A stretch of DNA of 19,924 nucleotides from Polyangiaceae bacterium (GCA_033763455.1 JANRKO010000024.1:1-19924); one strand, 5' to 3'; numbered from the stretch's first letter, positions 8,957-19,041 are shown. Made by a program: numbers and translations. The notes: generated by a model not told the origin, from the sequence alone.

Positions 8957-9804
8957 GCGAGGGGCAGCCTTCGGGCCGCGACCTTTGGCAGCGCCTGGTG
9001 GTGCGATTCACGGCGGCTGATGACCTCCTTGGGGCTCACCTCCGCCGGGCGCGCCGCCCAGGCCGCCAGCAAATCTGTATCGAGCAGGTGAGTGGGGATA
9101 ACGTTAGCCAGTGACGCCATGACCGTACTCCGAACATTGGGAATTTCCAACTCCAGTTGCGCCACAAGCTCAGCCATCCGTTGACGCTTCAGCCCCTCTT
9201 GGGAACCGCACAAATTGCACGGCAAGATGGGGAACTCTTGCTCTCGCGCGAATGCCGCAATGGTGGCCTCCGAGCAGTCGATTAATGGGCGAATCACCTC
9301 GAACTTACCGTCGTCCGTGCGGTACGAAGCGGGCATAGCTTGCAGCTTGCCGGAGTAAAACATATTAAGGAGAAACGTCTGAATCGCGTCGTCGCGGTGG
9401 TGCCCGAGGGCGATCTTATTGCAACCGAGCCTTTCCGCAGCCGTGTAAAGAATTCCGCGACGCAACCGCGAGCAAAGCGAGCAATAGGTAGATTTGTTGT
9501 CGAGGTGAGATGTCACCACCGAATAAGTGTCCTCGGATAAAATCTCAAAGTCGTAACCCTTGCCCCTGATCCAATCGACCAGAGGAGCTCCGTCGTAACC
9601 CGGCTGCTGTTGATCCAGGTGCACGGCAACCAGATCGAACTTAAATGGCAACTCTCGCTTAAACCTCTGCAAGAGTTCGAGCAGTGTGTAGCTATCCTTG
9701 CCGCCGCTGATGGCAACAAGGATGCGATCTCCTTCGGACACCAACGCGTACTTGTGACAAGTGCGCTTCAAATCGCGGTAGAGCTCGTGTCCGGAATCTC
9801 GCAT
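8953..9804 (-). CDS. ttcA: tRNA 2-thiocytidine(32) synthetase TtcA
   Basis: PP-loop [38 protein letters not shown] and PCNLCGSQ motifs. Confidence 0.96.
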   Translation of the reverse strand: MRDSGHELYRDLKRTCHKYALVSEGDRILVAISGGKDSYTLLELLQRFKRELPFKFDLVAVHLDQQQPGYDGAPLVDWIRGKGYDFEILSEDTYSVVTSHLDNKSTYCSLCSRLRRGILYTAAERLGCNKIALGHHRDDAIQTFLLNMFYSGKLQAMPASYRTDDGKFEVIRPLIDCSEATIAAFAREQEFPILPCNLCGSQEGLKRQRMAELVAQLELEIPNVRSTVMASLANVIPTHLLDTDLLAAWAARPAEVSPKEVISRRESHHQALPKVAARRLPLA

Positions 9805-9981
9805 GGCGGCGCTACGCTACCGCAAAATGACCGATCTTGGGCCTCCGCCCGACCAAACCCGGGCCCTTTGGACCCTCGCCAGGGGAGGCTCAGGCCGGCA
9901 AATGCTGGGCCTTCGCGTTGGCCGCCGAAAACGAGCCCCGGACCCTGGCACCAGGCCGTGTGAAGGATTAGCTTGCCCCCC

Positions 9982-10012
9982 GCCCGCCCCCCGGAAACGC
10001 GGGGAGGCGGGC
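9982..10012. promoter_or_regulatory. GC-rich hairpin in the ttcA/secA divergent intergenic region
   Basis: GCCCGCCCCCCG-GAAACG-CGGGG(A)GGCGGGC: 12-bp all-GC stem with one bulge, ~50 nt upstream of the secA ATG. Function unknown. Confidence 0.4.
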
Positions 10013-10063
10013 TTCCTCATTCCGCTTCAACGAAGCGCACCGCCGGACCACGAGACTATTCGC

Positions 10064-13000
10064 ATGCTGACTTGGGTTGCCAAAACACTCTTCGGAACCT
10101 CCAATGAGCGCGCTGTTAAGCGCATGCTACCCAAAGTGGCACGCATCAATGAGCTGGAGCCCAGCCTGGTTAAGCTGAGCGACGCGGAGCTCAAGGGGAA
10201 GACGGCGGAATTCAAGCAAAAGCTGGATAACGGCGCCACCTTAGATGATCTCTTGATCGAGGCCTTCGCCGTCTGCCGCGAAGCCGGCAAGCGTGTACTC
10301 AACATGCGGCACTACGATGTGCAGCTCATGGGCGGCATGGTACTGCACGACGGTAAGATCGCTGAAATGCGAACTGGTGAGGGTAAAACGCTGGTTGCCA
10401 CGCTACCGATTTACCTCAACGCACTCGAAGGGCGTGGCGTGCACTTGATTACGGTGAACGACTACCTTGCCACCCGCGATGCCGAATGGATGGGGAAGAT
10501 TTACAACTTCCTCGGCCTCACCATCGGCACGGTGGTGAACCAACAATCAGACGAAGAGAAGCGCGAAGCTTACAAACGGGACATTTGCTACGGCCAAAAC
10601 AATGAATTCGGCTTCGACTACCTGCGCGATAACATGAAATTTTCTGCGCTAGAATACGCGCAGCGCCAATTAAACTTCGCCATCGTGGATGAAGTAGATT
10701 CCATCCTGATCGACGAGGCTCGCACGCCTCTCATCATCAGCGGCGCTGCGGAGGCCGCGAGCGAAAAATATCGCACACTCAACGAGATCTTCGGCAAGCT
10801 GCGCAAAGACGAACACTACGTGGTGGACGAAAAAGGCCACAGTGCCACCCTCACGGATGAAGGCGTGGAGAGCGTCCAGAAGATGCTCGGCGTGAGCAAC
10901 TTGTACGACCCGGTCAACATTCAATCTCTGCACATTTGCAACCAGCTTTTGCGCGCACATGCCCTCTACAAGCGCGATCAGCACTACATGGTTTCCCCGG
11001 ACGGCAAGGTACTGATCATTGACGAGTTTACCGGCCGTGTTCTTTCTGGTCGCCGCTGGAGTGATGGGCTGCACCAAGCGGTTGAAGCCAAGGAGAACGT
11101 GCGCATTCAGGAAGAGAGTCGCACCATGGCGACCATCACCTTCCAGAACCTCTTCCGCCTGTATAAGAAGCTCGCCGGCATGACGGGCACGGCCGAGACG
11201 GAGGCTCAGGAATTCAGCACAACATATAAGCTCGATGTAGTGGCCATCCCCACCAACAAAGGTGCCGTGCGCGTCGACGAACACGATCTCGTGTACAAGA
11301 CCGAAAAAGAGAAATTCACGGCGGCTATCAACGAGATCTTGGACATGCAGGCGAAAGGGCGGCCGGTGCTCGTCGGCACCACCAGCGTTGAGAAAAGCGG
11401 CGCCATCAGCCGGATCCTCACCAAGAAGAAGGTGGCCCACCACGTGCTGAACGCCAAGCACCACGAAAACGAAGCGTACGTGGTGGCTCAGGCCGGGCGA
11501 AAGGGTGCCATCACCGTGTCCACTAATATGGCTGGCCGCGGCACAGATATTCTCTTGGGTGGTAACCCGGAGATGCTAGCGCGCCTGGAGTTCAAGGAGG
11601 CTGATCGCCATCCTGACGCTGAGCCTGAGGCGTTTGCCGCGCTCGTGAAACAATATCAGGAGCGATGCAAACAGGAGCATGATGAAGTGATCGAGCTCGG
11701 AGGCCTCCATATTCTGGGCACCGAACGCCATGAATCTCGCCGCATCGATAATCAGCTTCGTGGCCGCGCGGGACGCCAGGGAGATCCCGGGTCGAGCCGC
11801 TTCTATCTTTCGCTCGAAGACGATTTGATGCGTATTTTTGCGGGTGATCGGGTGAAAAACCTGATGGATCGCATGGGCATGCCGGATGACGAGCCCATCG
11901 AGCATCCGTGGGTGAGCAAAAGCGTGGAGAATGCCCAGCGCAAGGTGGAGGAGCGCAACTTCGATATTCGCAAGAATCTTCTCGAATACGACGACGTGAT
12001 GAACGCGCAGCGAAAAACGGTCTACGCGCTCCGTCAACAGCTTCTCACCGGCCACTACACGCCCGAGGAAGTCGATGAAGCCGGCAAGCCCACCGGCAAG
12101 TCGCGGGCCATCCCGGTCGACGAGTCGATCGCGAGTGCTGTTCGGCCGCTCATCGGACAGCTCGTCGGCATGTATTCAGAAGAGCCGTTGCATCCACGCG
12201 GCGCGGACGGCAAGCCCCGTGCACCCACCAAGGAAGAGTTGGAAAAAGCCAAGCCTCTTGTTGAGCTCGAATCGCTTCAGCGCGAGGTCTATCAGCTTTG
12301 GGGCGTGAAGCTCGATCTTGAGAGCCGCAAGAAGCGCGATGCTCTGGGCACGGTTGAGGAGCTGGATCGGTTGGTTTGCCAGGGGCTTTCTGAACAGCGA
12401 GAACGCATGCTGGATCTACTCGATCGCGTTATTAGCGCGATGGTGGAGGAGTGCTGCCCCCCCAACAAGCAGCCTGAGGATTGGGATTTTAAGGGCATCC
12501 ACGAGAGCTTTAAGGAATTTTTCAAAGCGTCGCTGAATGACGAAATCGACCGGCTTGGCGATGCCGAGCGCATCGTACGGACGCTGTACGAGCGCGCCGA
12601 AGCCCTGTATCAGCAAAAGGAACAAGAGCACGGCGTTGAGCTATCGATGCGCGTCTTCCGGCATATCTACCTGGAGGCGATTGACGAGGCCTGGGTGGAG
12701 CACCTCAACAACATGGAGCACCTCAGGGATGGCATTGGGCTCCGTGGCTACGGCCAGAGGGATCCTAAGAACGAATACAAGAAAGAGGGCTACAACCTCT
12801 TCTTGAACATGATAGCGCGAGTCTCCAGCACGGTTTTGACGCGCTTCTTCGACGTGAAGATCCAGCGCACCGAAGAGATCGCTGCGCTCGAAGCCGCCGC
12901 TGAGCAACGGCATCTCGCAGAGCTTGAAAGCCTTGTGGCACGCCACCCGGGTGAGGCCGGGCAGGAGAGCGACCCAACAGGCCTCCTTGCGCAGAAGCTG

Positions 13001-13147
13001 GAAGCGGCCTCGGCTCCTCCACCCGCCACGCGGAAGGCTCCGAAAATCGGCCGTAATGACCCCTGTCCCTGCGGCTCCGGGAAGAAATTCAAGCAGTGCC
13101 ACGGCGCCGCACTCGAAGACGACAGCGAAGAAGGGCCACGCGCCTAA
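10064..13147 (+). CDS. secA: Preprotein translocase subunit SecA
   Basis: [55 protein letters not shown] and the C-terminal SEC-C motif [19 protein letters not shown]. Start placed at ATG 10064 ([11 protein letters not shown]), a typical SecA N-terminus. Confidence 0.98.
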   Translation: MLTWVAKTLFGTSNERAVKRMLPKVARINELEPSLVKLSDAELKGKTAEFKQKLDNGATLDDLLIEAFAVCREAGKRVLNMRHYDVQLMGGMVLHDGKIAEMRTGEGKTLVATLPIYLNALEGRGVHLITVNDYLATRDAEWMGKIYNFLGLTIGTVVNQQSDEEKREAYKRDICYGQNNEFGFDYLRDNMKFSALEYAQRQLNFAIVDEVDSILIDEARTPLIISGAAEAASEKYRTLNEIFGKLRKDEHYVVDEKGHSATLTDEGVESVQKMLGVSNLYDPVNIQSLHICNQLLRAHALYKRDQHYMVSPDGKVLIIDEFTGRVLSGRRWSDGLHQAVEAKENVRIQEESRTMATITFQNLFRLYKKLAGMTGTAETEAQEFSTTYKLDVVAIPTNKGAVRVDEHDLVYKTEKEKFTAAINEILDMQAKGRPVLVGTTSVEKSGAISRILTKKKVAHHVLNAKHHENEAYVVAQAGRKGAITVSTNMAGRGTDILLGGNPEMLARLEFKEADRHPDAEPEAFAALVKQYQERCKQEHDEVIELGGLHILGTERHESRRIDNQLRGRAGRQGDPGSSRFYLSLEDDLMRIFAGDRVKNLMDRMGMPDDEPIEHPWVSKSVENAQRKVEERNFDIRKNLLEYDDVMNAQRKTVYALRQQLLTGHYTPEEVDEAGKPTGKSRAIPVDESIASAVRPLIGQLVGMYSEEPLHPRGADGKPRAPTKEELEKAKPLVELESLQREVYQLWGVKLDLESRKKRDALGTVEELDRLVCQGLSEQRERMLDLLDRVISAMVEECCPPNKQPEDWDFKGIHESFKEFFKASLNDEIDRLGDAERIVRTLYERAEALYQQKEQEHGVELSMRVFRHIYLEAIDEAWVEHLNNMEHLRDGIGLRGYGQRDPKNEYKKEGYNLFLNMIARVSSTVLTRFFDVKIQRTEEIAALEAAAEQRHLAELESLVARHPGEAGQESDPTGLLAQKLEAASAPPPATRKAPKIGRNDPCPCGSGKKFKQCHGAALEDDSEEGPRA

Positions 13148-13195
13148 GCTGCAAACAGCACAAAAGGCAGCCCAACGTAGAAGCGAAAAAGGCCA

Positions 13196-13202
13196 AAGGA
13201 GG
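13196..13202 (+). promoter_or_regulatory. Shine-Dalgarno site
   Basis: AAGGAGG 5 nt before the GTG at 13208. Confidence 0.7.
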
Positions 13203-13207
13203 CCAGC

Positions 13208-14179
13208 GTGAAAAGTAAGCCCAATATCGCCGTACTCGACGGCTACACGCTCAACCCCGGCGATTTGTCGTGGGGGGCCTTGGAAAGCCTAGGCACGGTG
13301 CGTGTCTATGAGCGAACAGCCCCCGCTGACATCCTCCCACGCGCTCTGCACCAGGATATTGTCCTTACGAACAAGACGCCGCTCACGCGCGAAACCCTCA
13401 GCCAATTGCCAAAACTCAAGCTCATCTCCGTTTTAGCTACGGGCTACAACATCGTGGATGTTGCTTGCGCCAAAGAGCGCGGCATTACCGTGTGCAACGT
13501 GCCCAATTACGCCACCGAAAGTGTGGCCCAGTACACCCTTGCGCTATTGCTGGAGCTCACAAGCCAGCCCGCACGCCACTCGCAAGCTGTTCATGCGGGA
13601 GAATGGGTGAGCTCGGTGGATTTCTCCTTCCAAAAGACCAAGCTGATGGAGCTCTCCGGTAAGGTGTGTGGCGTGGTTGGGTTTGGGACCATTGGTCGGC
13701 GTTTTGCTGAACTCGCACACGCTTTGGGCATGAAAGTGTGGGCCACGCCTTCCCGAAAAAGTACGGCACCCAGCTGGCCCAACTTCGAGTGGAAGCCTCT
13801 ACCTGAGCTCTTAGCTGCGGCGGATGTAGTGAGCTTACATTGCCCACTCACACCCCAAACCGAAAAGCTCATCAACGCCGAGCACCTCGCCCTGATGAAG
13901 CCTAGCGCCTTCATCCTCAACACCTCACGGGGCCCGCTGATCGATGAGGCAGCGCTTGGAGAGGCGCTCAAAGCGGGGCGAATTGCCGGCGCCGGCCTCG
14001 ATGTGCTTTCGAGCGAACCCCCTAGACCTGAAAATCCGCTCCTTGCTGCACCCAACTGCATCATTACGCCCCATGTGGCGTGGGCATCTTTCGAAGCTCG
14101 GCAACGCTTGATGGCGGCATCGGTAGAGAATGTACGCGCATTTTTAGCAGGCGCGCCGGTCAACACGGTTCAGCTCTAG
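13208..14179 (+). CDS. D-2-hydroxyacid dehydrogenase (glycerate dehydrogenase/hydroxypyruvate reductase-like)
   Basis: LDGYTLNPGDLSW N-terminus, GFGTIG, SLHCPLT, NTSRG, LDVLSSEP and TPHVAW motifs. Confidence 0.93.
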   Translation: MKSKPNIAVLDGYTLNPGDLSWGALESLGTVRVYERTAPADILPRALHQDIVLTNKTPLTRETLSQLPKLKLISVLATGYNIVDVACAKERGITVCNVPNYATESVAQYTLALLLELTSQPARHSQAVHAGEWVSSVDFSFQKTKLMELSGKVCGVVGFGTIGRRFAELAHALGMKVWATPSRKSTAPSWPNFEWKPLPELLAAADVVSLHCPLTPQTEKLINAEHLALMKPSAFILNTSRGPLIDEAALGEALKAGRIAGAGLDVLSSEPPRPENPLLAAPNCIITPHVAWASFEARQRLMAASVENVRAFLAGAPVNTVQL

Positions 14180-14250
14180 CTCTTCCTGAAGTTGCAACGG
14201 CCCCACCTACCAAGCTTGGGCCCCCCGAAGAAGGCGTGTACCTTCTACGT

Positions 14251-16731
14251 ATGCCAGTTGCGCAAGAAGGGTTCCTTACCGCCTCCGACCTTGGGCTCGA
14301 CAAAGACTCACTCAAGCGCTCGATCGCCCACCACATCGAATACACACGAGTCGCCGACGAGCGCACAGCCACAATGCTCGACTTCTATTGGGCCGTAGCG
14401 AGAGTGGTGCGTGACCGGATGGTGGATCTTTGGAATAAGCGCCAACACCAACCAGAGCAAGTAAGAGAACGCCGCGTCTACTACCTTTCGCTCGAATTTT
14501 TGCTCGGTCGTTTGCTGGAGAACAATCTCCTTAATCTGCAGCTGTATGAACCGATGGCCGAGGCCCTGGGGGAGCTCGGTTACGATATTGCCGACATTCT
14601 TCGACAAGAGGATGACGCCGGCCTAGGCAACGGCGGCTTGGGGCGCCTCGCCGCATGCTTCTTGGACTCCATGGCAACCCTAGGGATTGCTGGCACCGGC
14701 TACGGAATCCGCTACGAATACGGCATATTTAGGCAGGAAATCTCAGACGGAGCACAGGTTGAACGCGCTGATAACTGGTTGCGCTACGGCAACCCTTGGG
14801 AAGTGGAGAAGCCGTCGCCGATTTTTGGAGTACGTTTCGGCGGCAGCGTAAAACGGGCAATTTCGAGCTCGGGGCGCACTCACTTCGAATGGGAAAGCTC
14901 CGACCTGGTCATGGCAATGGCACATGACATATTCATCCCTGGCTACCAAAATGGCATCGTGAACAGGCTGCGCCTCTGGTCTGCTAAGGCAACGCGCGAG
15001 TTTAGCTTCGCCGATTTCAACCGCGGAGATTACCTGCAATCTTTGTACGACAAGAACGCGACCGAGAACATCTCACGGGTGCTCTATCCGAATGACATGG
15101 TCGATCAAGGCCGTGAGCTCCGATTCAAGCAGGAATATTTCTTGGTATCGGCCACCCTGCAAGATGTCATTGCTCGGCACTTGGCCGAATTTGAAAACCT
15201 GGAAAACCTCCACGAAAAGGCCATATTTCAGCTCAATGACACCCATCCGGTGATCGCCATCGCCGAGCTCCTGCGCATCCTCTTGGACGAGCACCATCTC
15301 GGTTGGGAGGCTGCCTATTTCATTGTGACAGGGACATTCGCGTACACCAATCATACCGTGATGCCCGAAGCACTGGAGCACTGGGAGGTTGGCCTTGTCG
15401 AACGCCTCCTGCCCCGCCACCAGATGCTCATCTACGAGATCAATCGACGATTCTTGCAGGAGGTGTCGTCACGTTACCCCGGCGACACTGAGAGATTGCG
15501 CCGAATGTCGTTGATTGATGAAGCGTCGCCCCGACGCGTGCGTATGGCACACTTGGCCCTAGTGGCGAGCTCGGCCGTGAACGGCGTTTCCAAGCTGCAC
15601 ACGCAAATCATCACGCAAAGGCTATTTCGAGATTTCGCCGAGTGGTCGCCCGAAAAGTTCAACAATAAGACGAACGGGATTACCCCGCGGCGCTGGCTCT
15701 TGGGTGCGAATCCCAAGCTCTCACAGCTCATCAGCGCACACATTGGGAAGGAGTGGGTCACCGATCTAGAAGAGCTTAGCCGGCTTGCGCCTCTCGCACG
15801 AAATTCAGACTTTCAGGCGGCATGGCAGCGCGTAAAGCGGGGCAATAAGGAGCTCCTCACGCGACATCTGCGCTCGCTCACTGGCACAACGCTCGATCCA
15901 GAGAGCATGTTTGACGTCCAGGTAAAACGGCTCCACGAATACAAGCGTCAGCTTCTCAACATTCTCCAAGTAGTCGCTCATTATCACGACATACTGCGCG
16001 GCCGCCCAAGTGGCCCTCCTCGCACTTTCCTCTTCGCGGGCAAAGCGGCTCCAGGTTACATAGCCGCCAAATTGATCATTGAATTGATTACGGGGGTGGC
16101 ACGCACGATCGAACTTGATCCAAAGGTTAGCGCGCTGCTCCGCGTGGTGTTTGTGCCCGACTACAACGTCTCACTCGCTGAAAAACTGGTCGTAGCCGCA
16201 GATGTCTCGGAGCAAATTTCGTTGGCCGGCACCGAAGCTTCGGGAACTAGCAACATGAAGTTTGCTCTGAATGGCGCGCTCACTCTAGGCACGCTCGACG
16301 GCGCGAACATCGAAATCCTGGAAGCGGTGGGGCACGAGAATATGTTCATCTTTGGTCTCACCGCACACGAGGTGGAAGCTCGCCGGCAACAAGGCTACCG
16401 CCCGGAAGACATCTGGCATACAGACGCCGAACTCACCGAGGTACTCGACGCGATCGAAACAGGGGCATTTTCCCGGGGTGATCGCGAAAAATTTAGACCG
16501 CTCGTGCGAGACCTGCGCACACAAGATCCGTACTTTGTGTGCGCTGATTTTCGGAGCTACCGTGAGTGCCAGAAGCGTGTTGGTGAGGCCTACGCCGATC
16601 AGGATCGCTGGGTTACCCAATCCATTATGAACAGCGCCCACATGGGCCCCTTCTCAAGCGACCGGGTGATCGCCGAATATGCGCGGGATATCTGGCGCGT
16701 GGGGGACGGAACTCGAAGACGCGCTACTTAG
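14251..16731 (+). CDS. glgP: Glycogen/alpha-glucan phosphorylase
   Basis: YYLSLEFLLGR, GLGNGGLGRLAACFLDS, QLNDTHP, KRLHEYKRQ and the PLP-lysine motif EASGTSNMKF. Start placed at ATG 14251, after the upstream gene ends. Confidence 0.97.
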   Translation: MPVAQEGFLTASDLGLDKDSLKRSIAHHIEYTRVADERTATMLDFYWAVARVVRDRMVDLWNKRQHQPEQVRERRVYYLSLEFLLGRLLENNLLNLQLYEPMAEALGELGYDIADILRQEDDAGLGNGGLGRLAACFLDSMATLGIAGTGYGIRYEYGIFRQEISDGAQVERADNWLRYGNPWEVEKPSPIFGVRFGGSVKRAISSSGRTHFEWESSDLVMAMAHDIFIPGYQNGIVNRLRLWSAKATREFSFADFNRGDYLQSLYDKNATENISRVLYPNDMVDQGRELRFKQEYFLVSATLQDVIARHLAEFENLENLHEKAIFQLNDTHPVIAIAELLRILLDEHHLGWEAAYFIVTGTFAYTNHTVMPEALEHWEVGLVERLLPRHQMLIYEINRRFLQEVSSRYPGDTERLRRMSLIDEASPRRVRMAHLALVASSAVNGVSKLHTQIITQRLFRDFAEWSPEKFNNKTNGITPRRWLLGANPKLSQLISAHIGKEWVTDLEELSRLAPLARNSDFQAAWQRVKRGNKELLTRHLRSLTGTTLDPESMFDVQVKRLHEYKRQLLNILQVVAHYHDILRGRPSGPPRTFLFAGKAAPGYIAAKLIIELITGVARTIELDPKVSALLRVVFVPDYNVSLAEKLVVAADVSEQISLAGTEASGTSNMKFALNGALTLGTLDGANIEILEAVGHENMFIFGLTAHEVEARRQQGYRPEDIWHTDAELTEVLDAIETGAFSRGDREKFRPLVRDLRTQDPYFVCADFRSYRECQKRVGEAYADQDRWVTQSIMNSAHMGPFSSDRVIAEYARDIWRVGDGTRRRAT

Positions 16732-17365
16732 TGCGCTGGATGACGTGAAAGCCGAATGGACTCTCTACAACCTCCGAGTATTGTCCAACCTTCAAAGCGA
16801 AAGCTGGCTCCGCAATGGCACGCATGGCGGTCTCCCGATCCAGCACGCCGAGCACTCCCTTTCGCGATCTCACGTCTGCGCTATCCGTATAAGCCAACAC
16901 TACGCTCTCAAAGGCTTCCCCTTTCTTGAGCTTTTCTAGGGCTTGCTGCGCGAGGCCAAAAGCTTCCTCTTTGGGACGGGTTACCGATGCTACGGCGTGC
17001 CACGAACCGCGGTATTGTACGAGAACGTGGCGAGCTTCGATGGTCTTTGGGCCGCTTGGGTCGAGCGGAACCCCGCGCGCCAACAGGTGCGTTGGAAACT
17101 CCGGGGGAAGCGCGTCGGCAGGCGCTGGCTCGGCGGCAGCCGCTTGACCTCCACGCAATTCCCCCTGTGGAGGGACTGCCTCGACGGATCCCTTAGATTT
17201 CGCCAAACCGCCGAGCGGCAGCCCGCCCAATCCTCCTACCAACCCCAGAACCAAAAGGCTCAAGAGGACCAACCAGGGCGCCCACTCCGAAATGCCACCT
17301 TTTGTCACGCTGGCCTGCGCTTGAATGGGCGACGGTGCTGTCACGGAAGTATCAGTGTTGGTCAT
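16724..17365 (-). CDS. Parvulin (PpiC-type) peptidyl-prolyl isomerase with N-terminal membrane anchor
   Basis: Hydrophobic segment WLVLLSLLVLGLVGGL. Parvulin motifs ARHVLV, G.LG, AFALKVGQYSEVVESPFGFHVI. AAGGA upstream of the start. Confidence 0.9.
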   Translation of the reverse strand: MTNTDTSVTAPSPIQAQASVTKGGISEWAPWLVLLSLLVLGLVGGLGGLPLGGLAKSKGSVEAVPPQGELRGGQAAAAEPAPADALPPEFPTHLLARGVPLDPSGPKTIEARHVLVQYRGSWHAVASVTRPKEEAFGLAQQALEKLKKGEAFESVVLAYTDSADVRSRKGVLGVLDRETAMRAIAEPAFALKVGQYSEVVESPFGFHVIQRTK

Positions 17366-17420
17366 GGGTAGTCCTTTGTGGAAACGGATATATACGCTTT
17401 TAGATTAACGCTTTGAGGTA

Positions 17421-18548
17421 TCAGCCATGGGCTCGCCAGGTGTTTCCGACTTCTCTTGGCGTGCAAGAATGCCAAGCCGGACCGCCCGGAACCGGTAACT
17501 TGGGGCTCCTCTTGGAGGAGAGTTCGCGCCAATCGCTGAGTTTCTCCGAAGCTGCCAACGAGCGTATCCACGTGAACCCCACGGGCTCGGAACCGTGCTG
17601 GCGGACTTCACGCGTACGTACGAAGGATTGGATCGCCGCTCGGAGCTCCAGGATTGGCGAGTCAGTCGCCTTGGCGCAGCTTCGCACTTCGATGAGCTGC
17701 GACAGATCTTCGAGCATCGAAAGGAGCAGGCTCACAGAGAGCAGCCAATGAACCTTCGAGATGGCGAAGGCTCCAAGCTCTGGTAAGTGCTCTCGGCTAT
17801 GCTCGCAGCAGACTACATGAACCTCTTCGTCCGCTCCCCTTGTTCGCATGGTGTCGGTTAGGAAGTCAGCGAGGTGCTGGGAGGAACACCCACCCGTGGA
17901 GGTGCCCTGCAAGAGTTCGTAGGCTCGAAGGAAACTAGGAGGATTGCTGCGCTGAACCTTCATGCGCTTAGCCGCCCCGGGGGCCTTGTGCGAGACACGC
18001 GACGCTTCTGGGGAGGGCGCCTCACCCACGCTCAGCGCTACGATACAATGCGGTGGGGTTATGAAGACCCCACACACTTCGAGCTCTGCGCCCACGCGCC
18101 TAAACTGATGCTGAATTGCAGTAAGGCTCAGATTTCCCTCCGCAACGCGAGATTCCTCCCACACTCTTCGAACCTGGTATTCGCTTGCGCCTACAGCGTC
18201 GGCGACCCTGCGAATGCTCCACCGCGTCGCACCCGGAGGAACCTCTTCGCGCGTGGCGCGCAGGATGGCCTCGCGTCGCTCCTCGGTAATCTTTCGAGGC
18301 TGTCCCGGACGAGGCAAATCACACAGCCCCTCGATACCAAGCGCTCGGAACCGCTTCCGCCACTTGTAGACGGTGAGGGGAACCACACTCAGCTCAAGGC
18401 TGATCTCCTCAGCAGTGCGACCCTCGGCTGAAAGCAGCACGATACGCGCCCGCTCCGCCAGGGAGGCTGAGTTGCCCACTGAGGCCAAATGCAGAAGCTC
18501 TGCCCGAAGCCCTGGCGGTAATAACCATTCGCGCGTCGATCTAACCAT
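17421..18548 (-). CDS. IS630-transposase-derived HTH protein with degenerate DDE domain
   Basis: IS630-type N-terminus ERARIVLLSAEG...TVYKWRKRF...GIEGLCDLPRPGQPRKIT...TRWSIRRVADAVG. The C-terminal half is colinear with the IS630 DDE domain but lacks the catalytic acidic residues. Start placed at ATG 18548; the ORF extends to 18605. Confidence 0.8.
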   Translation of the reverse strand: MVRSTREWLLPPGLRAELLHLASVGNSASLAERARIVLLSAEGRTAEEISLELSVVPLTVYKWRKRFRALGIEGLCDLPRPGQPRKITEERREAILRATREEVPPGATRWSIRRVADAVGASEYQVRRVWEESRVAEGNLSLTAIQHQFRRVGAELEVCGVFITPPHCIVALSVGEAPSPEASRVSHKAPGAAKRMKVQRSNPPSFLRAYELLQGTSTGGCSSQHLADFLTDTMRTRGADEEVHVVCCEHSREHLPELGAFAISKVHWLLSVSLLLSMLEDLSQLIEVRSCAKATDSPILELRAAIQSFVRTREVRQHGSEPVGFTWIRSLAASEKLSDWRELSSKRSPKLPVPGGPAWHSCTPREVGNTWRAHG

Positions 18549-18682
18549 CTTATCAGCCAAGTTGCAGAGTCGGATGCTGAAGCAGGAGCAATCCTGCGCT
18601 CCCACGCGGCGGACTGTATCTGCAATACCTCCCGCTGCACGTTACGTTTTCCCGACGAATCGAGAGATTTGAGAAGAAGCCG

Positions 18683-18700
18683 TGACGAATATGACGAATA
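18683..18700. repeat. Tandem 9-bp direct repeat TGACGAATA x2 (third GACGAAT core at 18654-18660)
   Basis: Read directly from the sequence in the divergent intergenic region. Confidence 0.6.
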
Positions 18701-19041
18701 GGGCATCTGCGCTGCCCGAGTTCTATACGAACTAATCGCTGACATTCACGACCACTCAGGAACCGCGCATTGACTGGATCACGAAAGCAGAGCAACCCAA
18801 ACGGGCAGCCTACTAGGCGATTGGCGCAACGAGATCCCGCGCACACACACCCCGTAGATAGCGCGCACCAACGTTTACTCACGCGCCGCATCGCCATAGT
18901 TCATGACGTTAAAAAGCATGGATTAGACGTGTTCAGCGCACGCGCGGCGCCTCGTACACGTCGACAACCGGGCGCGCAATTGTAACACCCAACTTTTGCA
19001 TCGCAGGTTATAGAGCTCGCGCTGCTATTAGGTTTGCAGCC

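Noticed and set aside
9803..10063. 87-aa N-terminal extension of SecA in the ORF track
   Set aside because: Pro/Arg-rich, unlike SecA, and overlaps the ttcA start; the SecA-like sequence begins at ATG 10064.
10670..12055. Long antisense ORFs inside secA, and similar shadow ORFs in other genes
   Set aside because: Expected by-products of GC-rich codon bias; no recognisable motifs.
14080..14250. N-terminal extension of GlgP in the ORF track
   Set aside because: Overlaps the upstream dehydrogenase gene by 100 bp with no phosphorylase-like sequence; ATG 14251 is more plausible.
17421..18548. Active IS630 element
   Set aside because: Catalytic residues appear substituted and no paired terminal IRs were found.
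18683..18700. Pho box upstream of the PstS-like gene (GTCAT/GTCAC on the minus strand)
   Set aside because: The repeat period is 9 bp, not the 11 bp of PhoB boxes, and it lies ~360 bp from the gene.
18969..18984. Sigma-54 promoter-like CGGGCGCGCAATTGTA
   Set aside because: Has GT rather than GC at -12 and a poor -24 match.
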